Assembly (NCBI GenBank): GCA_965213925.1
Contig: OZ243927.1
Span: 1,920,001 to 1,984,000, forward strand
Direction: 5' to 3'
DNA: 64,000 nucleotides
From: Trueperaceae bacterium
GTDB lineage: Bacteria; Deinococcota; Deinococci; Deinococcales; Trueperaceae
Part shown: one piece after another, positions 46,503 through 56,629 of the stretch
Layout of the letters: every line of letters starts with the position of its first letter
Numbering within the stretch: position 1 is the first letter of the stretch
Made by a program: the position numbers and the translations under genes
Notes under the pieces: model-generated
Told to the model about the DNA's origin: nothing
Seen by the model: the letters and a program-made list of their open reading frames with translations, nothing else
The model's database searches: none

Positions 46503-48821
46503 GTGCCCGGCACCTCATCCAGCACCTCACCGAACCTGTCGCTGCGCGTCCTCTTGCCCCTGCCGCTGCCGCCTTTTACCTTTTTGCCGCCGCACGGCGA
46601 AGCGGCGCCGCAGGCGGGGTGCCGCGTGGTCGTGCCCTGGCAGAGCGGCGTGAGGACCGGGCTGGTCGTCGGGGCGGAGCCCTTGCGCGGGGCAGCGGCG
46701 CTCGAGCTGCGCGAGGTTATCACCGCTTTAGACGCGCAACCCTTTTTGTCGGCTGCCGGGCTCGCCCTGATCGGGCGCGTCGCGCGGCACACCTGTGCGC
46801 CGGAGGGCACCGTGCTCGCCAACCTCTTGCCGACGGGCCTCAGCGAGCCGCTCTTACACGAGGTGCGCGCGTTAGCCGAGGTTGACGCCGTGCCGTCTGA
46901 GCGCTGGACGGACGCCGCCAGGCTGTCGTCCGCCGAGCTTGACCTCTTGCGGCGGCAGGGACTCCTGGCTGAGCGCGTGCGCGTCACTGTAAAGCAGGTG
47001 CAGGTCTTGGAGCCGCGCCGCCGCGCCGACGATGCGCTGAGCGGCAAGCCGCAGGCGAATCAGCGGTGGGCGCTGGAGGTCTTGTGGCGCTTCGAGCACG
47101 CCCAGAGCGCCGCCGCGCTGAGCCGCGAGGCGGACGTTCCCGAGAGCGCGGTGAGGGCGCTCGTCAAGAAGGGGTACGCGGGCTACGCGCAGCGAGACGC
47201 GCCGCCGCCCGCGCTGCCGAGCTACTTAGGTGACGACGTGATCGCGGACGAGTCACATCAACAAGTCGCGCTGCCCGAGGGTCACTTCAGCCTCTCGGGT
47301 GGGCTGCGCCGCGACCGCGTTCGTGCGCTCTTGCCCCTCCTGCGCGAAGACCTGCGGCGCGGCGAGAGTGTGCTGGTCCTCGTGCCGGAGGGCGCGTACC
47401 TGGAGGAAACGGCTGCAATTTTAGCCGCCCACGTGCGCGTTCAGGTCCTCTCCGGCGAGCTGTCCGACGCGCAGCGCAGCCGCTTGTGGTCGGAGCTTCG
47501 CGCGGGCGAGCCTGTCGTTTTGGTCGGGAGTTATCTGGCGCTGCTTGCGCCCCTAGAACCGCTGGCGCGGGTGGTGGTGCTCGAGGAGGGCTCCAGCTCC
47601 TACAAGCTCGCGCAGGGCTGCCGCGTCTTCGTGCCGACCGCCGCGCGGCTCCTCGCCGAAGCCGCCGGAGCCAAACTGGTCCTCGCGGACGCGCTCGCCA
47701 CGCCCGAGGCGCACCGCTTTTTAAGCCAGTGTGACTCTCGAGATGGGCGAATACGGGACGGTCAAGCTGGACGTAAGGACGAGCGTAGTGCGGTCGTCAC
47801 CCTGCCCACGCCCCCCGCCAGGGTCCACACCGTCGACCTCACCCAGGGGCAGAGCTGGCCCCTCAGCACCGATCTCATCAAGGTGCTCAAACAGGTCGAG
47901 GCGCGGGAGCGTCAGGCGGTCCTGCTCGCGCCGCGCCGCGGCTTCTCCGCCGCGCTGCGCTGCGCCGAGTGCGACTGGCTCGCGGGCTGCCCCAACTGCG
48001 ACCTGCCGCTACGCTACCACCGCGAACGCTACGTGTTGCGCTGCCACCAATGCGGTCACGCCGAAAAAGCGCCCGCGCTCTGCCCGTCGTGTGACTCCCC
48101 CGACATGAGCCCGTCACGCGCGGCGGGCACGCAGTGGGTCGTCTCGGCGGTCCAGAAGCTGCTCCCGCACGTCCCCGTGTTGCGCTTCGACAGCGATAAG
48201 CGCGAGGACCTGACGGGGCTTTATGACGGTCAGCCCGGCGTGCTGGTGACGACCTCCGCGATTCTACGCCGTGCGCCGCTGCCCAACCTGTCACTCGTCG
48301 CCGTGACGCTCCTCGACACGCTCCTCAACCTGAGCGACTTTCGCGCCGAGGAGGGGGCGTACCGCTCGCTCCTCAACCTAGCCGAACTCGCGCCCGGCAA
48401 GCGCCCGCTGACGCTCGTGCAGACCTTTCAGCCCGAGCACGTGGTCGTGCGTTCCTACGCCGAAGGTCACGCGGAGCGGTTTTTAGAGGCGCTTTTAGAG
48501 CGCCGCGAGCGCTTCGGCTACCCGCCCTACAAAACGCTCGCCAAGGTCCAACTGAGCGCGAAACAGAAGAGCGAAGCCGAGCGCGCCGCGACCTGGCTGG
48601 CGGGCGCGGTGCGCACCGCCGGGGCGACCGAAGAGGAACTTTTAGGACCCACACCTGCCCCCGTCGCCCGCGTCAGGAACCAGTACAGCTACCAACTTTT
48701 CGTGCGCACCGCCTCGAGCCAGTCCCTGCGCGAACGCCTGCAGCCCGCCCTGAACTACCGGGGCAGCGCGCGGCTCAGGATCGACGTGGACCCGCGCGAG
48801 ATGGCGGGGTTCTTAGAGTGA
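46503..48821 (+). CDS. priA: Primosomal protein N' with degenerate helicase motifs
   Basis: GCRVVVPW 3'-binding domain, RRGFS, four CxxC pairs, DFRAEE, VQT, ERRERFGYPPY, IDVDP. Confidence 0.92.
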   Translation: MPGTSSSTSPNLSLRVLLPLPLPPFTFLPPHGEAAPQAGCRVVVPWQSGVRTGLVVGAEPLRGAAALELREVITALDAQPFLSAAGLALIGRVARHTCAPEGTVLANLLPTGLSEPLLHEVRALAEVDAVPSERWTDAARLSSAELDLLRRQGLLAERVRVTVKQVQVLEPRRRADDALSGKPQANQRWALEVLWRFEHAQSAAALSREADVPESAVRALVKKGYAGYAQRDAPPPALPSYLGDDVIADESHQQVALPEGHFSLSGGLRRDRVRALLPLLREDLRRGESVLVLVPEGAYLEETAAILAAHVRVQVLSGELSDAQRSRLWSELRAGEPVVLVGSYLALLAPLEPLARVVVLEEGSSSYKLAQGCRVFVPTAARLLAEAAGAKLVLADALATPEAHRFLSQCDSRDGRIRDGQAGRKDERSAVVTLPTPPARVHTVDLTQGQSWPLSTDLIKVLKQVEARERQAVLLAPRRGFSAALRCAECDWLAGCPNCDLPLRYHRERYVLRCHQCGHAEKAPALCPSCDSPDMSPSRAAGTQWVVSAVQKLLPHVPVLRFDSDKREDLTGLYDGQPGVLVTTSAILRRAPLPNLSLVAVTLLDTLLNLSDFRAEEGAYRSLLNLAELAPGKRPLTLVQTFQPEHVVVRSYAEGHAERFLEALLERRERFGYPPYKTLAKVQLSAKQKSEAERAATWLAGAVRTAGATEEELLGPTPAPVARVRNQYSYQLFVRTASSQSLRERLQPALNYRGSARLRIDVDPREMAGFLE

Positions 48822-48828
48822 TACAAAA

Positions 48829-48863
48829 ATACGGATTCCGCCTCATACGCGCGGAATCCGTAT
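48829..48863. terminator. Bidirectional terminator hairpin
   Basis: ATACGGATTCCGC...GCGGAATCCGTAT between convergent genes. Confidence 0.7.
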
Positions 48864-48886
48864 AACGACCTACCTCGAAGATAAGA

Positions 48887-49522
48887 TTACTCGCCAGTCA
48901 CTTCCAAGAAAAGCGCCTCTAGCGACTGCGCAAAGGCTTCCTCCGAGCCGAGCTTCGCGCTCTCCAAGGTTTGCGCGCTCAGGTTCTCTTTCACGCTGTG
49001 AATCACGACCGGCGACGCCGTCGAGGTGATGTAGGGCGCGCTCGCGAGTTTGACCATGCCGAAGCTCACCGTCTCTTTGTCTCCTGTCGTCTCGTACCAG
49101 ATGCCGCCGCCCAAGAAGGTCGGTTGTCCCTCGGTCTCGGTGCCGATGGTGTTGTCGTTGTCAATCGCGATGAGTTTAACGTCGTTATTTGTGTTGGCGA
49201 ACGAGGTCGTCAAGCGCCACGCGCCGTCAGCGTATATGTTGCTGATCAGCCCGGCTCCGTCGACGCCTGGGCAGTTGTCGACGTCGCCGCCCTCACACCA
49301 GCGCCACGCGCCGCCCTGCGCGTCTTTGACGTCGTCGTATTCCGTCAGTTCTGCCGATACGCTCAAATAGCCGCTATATTCGGTGCCGTCGTCTAGCTGC
49401 GCCAACCAGAGCCACTCGCCGGTGTCGTCGCTGCTAGCGGGCGGATTAGGCCGGTCGGAACTCGAGCAGGCGCTCAGCGCCAGGATAAGAAGTAACACTA
49501 AAGGTGCGTAAATTTTTTGCAT
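48887..49522 (-). CDS. Hypothetical lipoprotein
   Basis: RBS GGAGG, LSAC lipobox. Confidence 0.7.
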   Translation of the reverse strand: MQKIYAPLVLLLILALSACSSSDRPNPPASSDDTGEWLWLAQLDDGTEYSGYLSVSAELTEYDDVKDAQGGAWRWCEGGDVDNCPGVDGAGLISNIYADGAWRLTTSFANTNNDVKLIAIDNDNTIGTETEGQPTFLGGGIWYETTGDKETVSFGMVKLASAPYITSTASPVVIHSVKENLSAQTLESAKLGSEEAFAQSLEALFLEVTGE

Positions 49523-49765
49523 AGACCATCCCTCCAAGCACGAAGCTAGCATGCGCTTCGCCCCCCCCAAAGAGAAAATTTCCACACCTCGGCTTCGTCT
49601 TTCTCGCGGCAGCCGAACGCACCCTCTTCTGTGAAAAATTCAACACGGAGACTGTTAAATTTCGAACACCGCGCGCTATGAGAAAGTGACACGTTAGGTT
49701 TTAACAGACGTCTGTTTGAGCAGCCCACGCTCGCAGAGTTTAGAGGGGAGAGGGGTGCGCTTCTG

Positions 49766-50752
49766 ATGAAAGCAGCCAGCCACACCGGAGACAACCGCGC
49801 AAAGACTAAAGAAGAGGGGCGAGCACCCGTCATCGTCGCCGTGATCCCGGCCTACAATGAGGAGCGCTTTATCGCCAGCGTGGTCTTCAAGGCGCGCAGA
49901 TACGCGACGCATGTGATCGCGGTGAGCGACGGCTCGAGCGACAGCACCGCCGAACTCGCCGAAGAAGCGGGCGCGGAGGTCGTGCGCCAGCCCACCAACA
50001 TGGGCAAAGCCGAAGCGCTCAACGCCGGTTTCGAATACGCCATGCGCTACGACCCCAGCGTCGTCGTATGTTTAGACGCCGACGCGCAGCACGACGCCAA
50101 AGAGATTCCCACGGTTATCGCGCCGATTCTCAGCGGCGAAGCCGACATCGTGATCGGCTCGCGCTTTTTGGAGACGAAGAGCCGCATCCCCGGCTGGCGA
50201 CAAGCGGGTCAGCACTCGCTCACCGCCGTTACCAACACCCTCAGCGGGACGCGGGTGACGGATTCTCAGAGCGGCTTTAGAGCGTTCTCGCCCACGGCGG
50301 CGCGCGCGCTGCGCTTCTCCTCCGAGGGCTTATCCGTCGAGTCGGAGATGCAGTTTCTCTTTGAGCCCGCCGGTCTTCGCGTTGCCGAAGCGCCCATCAG
50401 CGTGCAGTACATGGACGGCAACAAGCGCAACCCGGTGGTACACGGCTTACAGGTACTCGATGCGATGGTGACGCTTGTGGCGCGGCGGCGTCCGCTGCTG
50501 TTTTTGGCCGTGCCGGGCATCTTTCTCGCCCTGGTCGGTCTCCTCCTTGGCGTGCAAGTGACCTACACGATGCAGGAGACGGGCAGCCTCATGACCGGCA
50601 CCGCGATTCTCACGGCGCTGCTCATCATGGGCGGCATGATCCTTGGCATGTCGGGGGTGATGCTCCACAGCCTCAGGCATTTTAGTAAACGGATCAGCGA
50701 AGAGCTGAAAAACACCGTCGCTTCGCAGTTCAAAACGCCTCTGCAAGATTAG
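49766..50752 (+). CDS. GT2 DPM1-like polyprenyl-phosphate glycosyltransferase with C-terminal TM helices
   Basis: IPAYNEE, DGSSD, LDADAQH, VIGSRF, DSQSGFRA, ESEM; two C-terminal TM helices. Confidence 0.88.
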   Translation: MKAASHTGDNRAKTKEEGRAPVIVAVIPAYNEERFIASVVFKARRYATHVIAVSDGSSDSTAELAEEAGAEVVRQPTNMGKAEALNAGFEYAMRYDPSVVVCLDADAQHDAKEIPTVIAPILSGEADIVIGSRFLETKSRIPGWRQAGQHSLTAVTNTLSGTRVTDSQSGFRAFSPTAARALRFSSEGLSVESEMQFLFEPAGLRVAEAPISVQYMDGNKRNPVVHGLQVLDAMVTLVARRRPLLFLAVPGIFLALVGLLLGVQVTYTMQETGSLMTGTAILTALLIMGGMILGMSGVMLHSLRHFSKRISEELKNTVASQFKTPLQD

Positions 50753-50825
50753 CGCTAGGCGTATTAAGCGACGAGCGTTTGTCGTAACACCCACGAAAAC
50801 TTGTAATCGGAAGAGGATTTTATTT

Positions 50826-51806
50826 ATGAAAAAAGCATTGGTATGTGGCGCGGGCGGGTTTATCGGCAGTCATCTTGTGAAGCAGCTCAAGGCTGAAGGC
50901 TACTGGGTGCGAGGGGTCGACCTCAAGTACCCGGAATTCAGCCCGACCGCCGCCGACGATTTCGTCATCGGCGACTTGAGAGACGCCTCTATCTGCAACC
51001 GAGTGTGCGACGGGCCGTTCGACGAGCTTTACCAGTTGGCGGCGGACATGGGCGGCGCGGGCTTTATCTTCACGGGCGACAACGACGCCGCGGTGATGCA
51101 CAACTCCGCTACGATCAACCTCAACATGTTGGAGGCCGCTAAAGGGGTCGGCGTCAAGAAGATATTCTACTCGTCGTCCGCCTGTATCTATCCTGAACGC
51201 AACCAGCTAGACCCCGAGCGCCCGGTGACCGCCGAAGACTCCGCCTACCCCGCCGCCCCGGACAGCGAGTACGGCTGGGAAAAGCTCTTCAGCGAGCGGC
51301 TCTACTTCGCCTACGCTAGAAACTACGGGATGGAGGTCCGCGTCGCCCGCTTCCACAACATCTTCGGGGAAGAAGGCACCTGGACCGGCGGCCGCGAGAA
51401 AGCGCCAGCGGCGATCTGCCGTAAAGTCGCTCAGGCGCCCGATGGCGGCGAGATCGAGATGTGGGGCGACGGCGAGCAGACGCGCTCCTTCCTCTACATT
51501 GACGAGTGCACCGAAGCCGTTCGCAGGATGATGAAGTCTGAGTTTGTCGGTCCCTTGAACATCGGCTCGGAGGAGATGGTCTCGATCAACCACTTAGCCG
51601 CCCTCGCGATGCGCGTCGCCGGGAAAAACCTGTCAATCAACCATATCCCCGGTCCGCTAGGTGTTAGAGGCAGAAACTCGGACAACACGCTTATCCGCGA
51701 GACGCTCGAGTGGGCCCCCTCGCAGTCCCTCACGGTTGGGCTCGAGCGCACCTACAAGTGGATCGAAGAGCAAGTCGAAGCCAGCTACAGCGTGGCGGCG
51801 GACTGA
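50826..51806 (+). CDS. GDP-mannose 3',5'-epimerase-like NAD-dependent epimerase
   Basis: GAGGFIG, LAADMGGAGFI, SSSACIYP, YGWEK, GGREKAPAAICRK, GVRGRNSDN. Confidence 0.88.
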   Translation: MKKALVCGAGGFIGSHLVKQLKAEGYWVRGVDLKYPEFSPTAADDFVIGDLRDASICNRVCDGPFDELYQLAADMGGAGFIFTGDNDAAVMHNSATINLNMLEAAKGVGVKKIFYSSSACIYPERNQLDPERPVTAEDSAYPAAPDSEYGWEKLFSERLYFAYARNYGMEVRVARFHNIFGEEGTWTGGREKAPAAICRKVAQAPDGGEIEMWGDGEQTRSFLYIDECTEAVRRMMKSEFVGPLNIGSEEMVSINHLAALAMRVAGKNLSINHIPGPLGVRGRNSDNTLIRETLEWAPSQSLTVGLERTYKWIEEQVEASYSVAAD

Positions 51807-52603
51807 TGGACCGCGCCGCGCTGCCCAAAATTTCGGTCGTCACCCCGTCTTACAACCAGGGCGACTACATCGAAGACACCATCAAATCGGTCCTTGGCCA
51901 AAACTACCCTAACCTCGAGTACATCGTGATGGACGGCGGCTCGACCGATCAAACGTTCGACGTCTTGCGAAAGTACGAAGACCGCCTGACCTGGATCAGC
52001 GAGCCCGACAACGGTCAGTCCGACGCCCTCAACAAAGGGCTCCGCATGGTGACAGGTGACGTGGTCGCCTTTATCAACACGGACGACGTCTACGAGCCGG
52101 GGGCTCTGCTGACGGTAGGACAGTTCTTCGCGCAGAACGCCCAAGCCGACTGGGTGACGGGGAAGTGCCGGAACGTCGGCACTGACGGTCAGGAGATTCG
52201 CAAAGCCATCACGCACTACAAGAACTTTTGGCTCCGCCTGGGGGTCCAGCGGCTCCTGTTTGTGCTCAACTACGTGTCGCAGCCCGCGACCTTCTGGCGC
52301 AAGGAGGCGTTGGAGAAGGTCGGCTTGTTCGACGAGAGCCTCCACTACGCGATGGATTACGACTACTGGTTACGCATGTTAGGGACGTACCGGCTGCACT
52401 TCATCGACCAGTACCTAGCCCGCTTCCGAATCCACCCGACCTCCAAGGCTGGCTCCTCAGCGCACGCCCAGTTCGACGCGGGCTTAGACATCGCACGAAA
52501 CTACACCCGGTCGCGCCTCGTGCTCGCGCTTCACCGCCTGCACCTGTTTGTGACGGTGGGTGTTTACCGGCAACTGCTCAAACAGACACCGCAGGCGCAG
52601 TAA
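51806..52603 (+). CDS. GT2 glycosyltransferase
   Basis: VTPSYNQ, DGGSTD, GQSDALNKG, INTDD, QPATFW, AMDYDYWLR; TGATG overlap. Confidence 0.9.
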   Translation: MDRAALPKISVVTPSYNQGDYIEDTIKSVLGQNYPNLEYIVMDGGSTDQTFDVLRKYEDRLTWISEPDNGQSDALNKGLRMVTGDVVAFINTDDVYEPGALLTVGQFFAQNAQADWVTGKCRNVGTDGQEIRKAITHYKNFWLRLGVQRLLFVLNYVSQPATFWRKEALEKVGLFDESLHYAMDYDYWLRMLGTYRLHFIDQYLARFRIHPTSKAGSSAHAQFDAGLDIARNYTRSRLVLALHRLHLFVTVGVYRQLLKQTPQAQ

Positions 52604-52706
52604 GACCCGTTAAGACGGATTGCAGGTCGTGAGTGTTATGGCCCTAGAGGTCGTTCCTGTTTAACCGCAGCTAGCTTCGCCCACGACAGAGTCCAAGAGG
52701 TTATTC

Positions 52707-53903
52707 ATGAAAGTGCTAAGAGTAAGTCAAGAATTCGCGCCGGTGCATACCGGACCTATCAAGCAAGCCCTCAACATCATGGCGGGGCTTGCTAAGCATG
52801 GTCATAAGAACATCGTGCTCGCGTCAACGCAGGGGCTAGACGACAACGCCTACAAGGTCGAAGCGTACCCACACAACACCACGCTCTACCGTTATCCTGT
52901 CCTCTTTAAGGTCATGCGCTATTTCTTCGTCCGAGGGGTGGCGCGCGACCTCCCGTCGTTCGCTGACGTAGACCTCGTTCACGTCCACTCGTGGCGGAGC
53001 CACCTCGCCGACGCGACGATTCGTTTTGCCAAAAAGCGCGGCGTCCCTAGCGTGCTTCACGCCCACGCGAGCGCTTACGCTGAACACTTGGTGTCTAATC
53101 CGCTGCTGCGTTTTCCCTACAAGGTTTACGACCTGCTCTTCAAGCAAAGTGTGGCCCAGAGCGCCGACGCGGTCGTCGTCTCCACCGAACAAGAGAAGCA
53201 CGAATGCGTCCGCTATGGCATCGACGAGCGCCGCATCCATGTCATCCCCTCCGGCGTCAACGCCTCCGACTTCGCCGATGTCCAGCGCACCAGGCCGACT
53301 CACCCCGACGTTCCTACCGTGCTGCTCGTCGGGCGGCTCGCTCGAGACCGCAACGTCGAGCTGCTCCTCCGGGCGCTCGCGCCCCTCAAAGCGCAAGGTG
53401 TACCCTTTCAGGCGCGCATCGTCGGTCCTGAGGAGAACCGCACGAAGATGAGTCGCGGCGGCTACCTGAACGAACTCAAGAGCCTTACACAGCAACTCGG
53501 TCTCGCTGAGGACGTTACGTTCGTAGGACCTCTAAAGGGTCAGGCGCTACGCCAAGCGTACGTAGACGCCGATATCTTCGTCTATCCGTCCCTATATGAA
53601 AACTTTGGTAACACGGTGCTCGAGGCTGCCGCCGCCGGGTTGCCGATTCTCGCCACGTCTACGGGCGTTGCGGCGGACCTCGTTCAAGATGGCAAAACTG
53701 GCTATTTGGTCGATATGACCGACCCCGCCGATCTCAGCCACCGCCTCGGCGACCTCTTGCGCGACGGAGAGAAGTGCCAACGTTTGGGGCAGGAGGCGAA
53801 GCGTTTGGCGCTGCGCGACTATAACTGGGATGCGATTATAGAGCGGTATATTGATCTGTACAATCATCTACTTAACCGTGTGCCGCTGGCGAAGGCTGCG
53901 TGA
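52707..53903 (+). CDS. GT4 glycosyltransferase
   Basis: VGRL, FVYPSLYENFGNTVLEAAAAGLP. Confidence 0.9.
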   Translation: MKVLRVSQEFAPVHTGPIKQALNIMAGLAKHGHKNIVLASTQGLDDNAYKVEAYPHNTTLYRYPVLFKVMRYFFVRGVARDLPSFADVDLVHVHSWRSHLADATIRFAKKRGVPSVLHAHASAYAEHLVSNPLLRFPYKVYDLLFKQSVAQSADAVVVSTEQEKHECVRYGIDERRIHVIPSGVNASDFADVQRTRPTHPDVPTVLLVGRLARDRNVELLLRALAPLKAQGVPFQARIVGPEENRTKMSRGGYLNELKSLTQQLGLAEDVTFVGPLKGQALRQAYVDADIFVYPSLYENFGNTVLEAAAAGLPILATSTGVAADLVQDGKTGYLVDMTDPADLSHRLGDLLRDGEKCQRLGQEAKRLALRDYNWDAIIERYIDLYNHLLNRVPLAKAA

Positions 53904-53907
53904 AAGT

Positions 53908-55047
53908 ATGCGCTTAGTTTTTCTGTCACACGTCTACCCGCACCCCGCCTCCGGTTTTAATCCAGGAATTGAGCGTGTCATCGGTGAGCTTGCGCCTGCC
54001 CTAGCCTGTCTAGGACACGACGTACACGTTCTTACCTCTTACCGCAACGGACAAGCTCCTAAGACGGAGAAGCACCGAGGCGTCACCCTCCACCGGGTAG
54101 ATGACTGGCGTAGCCGCTATGGCCGTATGGCTAGTGTCGGCTCGCTTGACTTTCGTTCGTTAGCGCGCACGCTCGTTCGCGATCATGCCGAGCTTATCCG
54201 CACAGCAGACGCCGCCCACACCTTTACGCAGCTCCCTAATTGGCCCTTCCAAACCCCTCTATTCGCACACTACCACCATCACGACAAGCCCAAGCGCTTC
54301 ATCGAGCACCTTTTCATGCATACCGCTGACGCTCTATGGCAGAAGACGTATCAACTAAGCCATAAAGTTATTGCTATTTCCAAATTTTCAGAAGCTGAAT
54401 TTCGAACTGTTTACAAACGGGTCAATACGCCTATTGAAGTTGTCTACAACGGGATTAATCCTTCACAGTTCGCCGCGCCAAAGCGTTCTGTCCCCTTCGG
54501 AGGACGCGCTCCCACTATTTTGTATGTAGGACCATTTTACAAGCGCAAAGGACTAGATTATCTTTTTCAGGCTTTGCCGGGCTTACTCGAGACCTACCCT
54601 GATCTAACGCTTAGGCTTGTAGGTAAAGGTCCCGAAGAGGCAGCTTTGAAGCAGTTAGCAGAAACGCTCGGTATTTCGAGCGCACTAGAATTCTTAGGGT
54701 TTGTATCAGAGGAAAAACTGCGCGAACTCTATGCTAGAGCAACACTCTTTGTATTGCCATCTCTACATGAAGGTTTCGGGATCGTGCTCGCCGAGGCGAT
54801 GGCCGCGGGTTTGCCTGTAATTAGCACGACGAGTAGCGCGATACCGGAAGTTGTGGGGGATGACGGCATTTTGGTTCCCCCGAAAGATGTCCGAGCTTTG
54901 GCTGAAGCCATTACGCAAATGCTATCTGACTCGGATAAGCGATGTGAACTCGCCAAGCGAGGACAAGCAAGGGCACTTAAACACTTTACTTGGCACCAGT
55001 CGGCGCAGGAATTGGAAACACTTTATGGTCAGACAAGCAATATCTAA
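53908..55047 (+). CDS. GT4 glycosyltransferase
   Basis: VYNGI, RKG, PSLHEGFGIVLAEAMAAGLP. Confidence 0.9.
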   Translation: MRLVFLSHVYPHPASGFNPGIERVIGELAPALACLGHDVHVLTSYRNGQAPKTEKHRGVTLHRVDDWRSRYGRMASVGSLDFRSLARTLVRDHAELIRTADAAHTFTQLPNWPFQTPLFAHYHHHDKPKRFIEHLFMHTADALWQKTYQLSHKVIAISKFSEAEFRTVYKRVNTPIEVVYNGINPSQFAAPKRSVPFGGRAPTILYVGPFYKRKGLDYLFQALPGLLETYPDLTLRLVGKGPEEAALKQLAETLGISSALEFLGFVSEEKLRELYARATLFVLPSLHEGFGIVLAEAMAAGLPVISTTSSAIPEVVGDDGILVPPKDVRALAEAITQMLSDSDKRCELAKRGQARALKHFTWHQSAQELETLYGQTSNI

Positions 55048-56629
55048 AATTTCAGTATCACGGGAAGTCAGCGTATTTGAGAGACAATTATTGATCGCTA
55101 CGCTCTTTTGGTTTGGAATTGCTGGAGGACTAGCTGTGCGCATCTTGCCGTGGCTACGTGGCTTACTGCCTTTCAATCCGGGCGATCCTGCTAGGTACTA
55201 CATGGCGACCTTGAACGTCTTTGACAGTGGTAGCATTGAGGCAACTCCGTTCTACGAATCTGTCTACAATCAAGTTTCTATGTTGTTGAATTGGCCGGGA
55301 TTTCATATTTTGCAAAGCGTTGTAGCTCAGTTCAGTAATATTGATCTGCATACAAATCTCACCCTGTTTTTCGTTGGTAACGGATTAATCGGTGGAACCC
55401 TTTTAGCGGCTGCAGGTTATCTTTTAGGTGAAAGCTTGTTTAGTCGACGTATTGGATATGTTTCTGCCGTAGCTGTTTTATATGTCGACCAAGGTATTTA
55501 CTACCAATCCGAATATCACGCTCAAGGTTTGGGACTTAGTCTCGTCGTCTTTGCGGTCGCTACGTATATTAAGTCGTATCGTAGTCATTCCTCAAGTATG
55601 GGCTATCGTGTCATTGCTATTATTGCATTTGCTGCTGCGACTATCTCTCATCACTTCTCGTCGTATATGTTAATTCCTTTCAGCGTTGCTTTCCTATGCG
55701 CACTGGTTCTGCCACGCTTTTACAAACAATATAAAGGAACTCATGCGCTTATTGTCTTTGTGCTAATAGCGGCGTACAGCACCTATTTCGCGAACGACTT
55801 TATTATGATTGTTGCTAGCAAACTCGATAACTTCTCACCTTCTAATTTAGGTACAATTGTTCAAGCAGATGAAACTCGTCCTATTCAAGCGCAACTAAAG
55901 TTCTTTTCGCGTCTTCCCTTTGGTATGCTGCTCCTTTTTTCGCTTTTACCTATAATTAAAGCGCGAAATGTACCCGTGTTTAGACTTGTGCTACTTATCT
56001 TCGTTACTCTTCTCGCTGCTGCAGGAATTTTTATGAGCTTTGCTCTCGGTGCGCCCCTCAACCGCGTTTTCGTCTTTATCGAGATTCTTTTGGTCCCTTT
56101 CATTGTGCATGGTGCATTTGTTGCTGCGGACCATATAAAGCTTCAATATACATTTCCATTCACTCTACTCACGTTTGTACTAATCCTTAATTTAGCAAGT
56201 GTGTTTCCTGCCCAGTACTGGGGTTTTGAAGGACAACAAAATTCCTACTATTGGTATTCTGGAAGAGCTATTCCGTGGGAACATGCTAACAACGTTACAT
56301 CATTTATTACAAATAGCTCGACGACACTAAACGGAGAAATTGCTGCAAGAGAAGCAGACCCCTTCTACAATGCTCTTTTCATAGAACTGAAACCTAAACA
56401 TAAGCAATTGGTTCGTTCAAACTCTAAGAGATCAATACTCGATGCGATGCAAAGGTCAAATGCTCAGCTTGCTATTCTCGATATTCAAGACGATGAGTAT
56501 GAAGAAGAAAATTTGAAAGCGTCGAATATATGGTCGGTGGTTTATACGGACGGTCTAGCGGGTCTATTAAGTAATCCTAAAATCTTACCTCCGGAGGGTC
56601 AAAGTGCCTCAACTAAATCGAATCATTAG
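55025..56629 (+). CDS. Polytopic membrane protein (GT-C/polymerase-like)
   Basis: Many hydrophobic segments, GDP in first external loop, WPGFH, SHHFSS; AT-rich. Confidence 0.65.
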   Translation: MVRQAISKISVSREVSVFERQLLIATLFWFGIAGGLAVRILPWLRGLLPFNPGDPARYYMATLNVFDSGSIEATPFYESVYNQVSMLLNWPGFHILQSVVAQFSNIDLHTNLTLFFVGNGLIGGTLLAAAGYLLGESLFSRRIGYVSAVAVLYVDQGIYYQSEYHAQGLGLSLVVFAVATYIKSYRSHSSSMGYRVIAIIAFAAATISHHFSSYMLIPFSVAFLCALVLPRFYKQYKGTHALIVFVLIAAYSTYFANDFIMIVASKLDNFSPSNLGTIVQADETRPIQAQLKFFSRLPFGMLLLFSLLPIIKARNVPVFRLVLLIFVTLLAAAGIFMSFALGAPLNRVFVFIEILLVPFIVHGAFVAADHIKLQYTFPFTLLTFVLILNLASVFPAQYWGFEGQQNSYYWYSGRAIPWEHANNVTSFITNSSTTLNGEIAAREADPFYNALFIELKPKHKQLVRSNSKRSILDAMQRSNAQLAILDIQDDEYEEENLKASNIWSVVYTDGLAGLLSNPKILPPEGQSASTKSNH

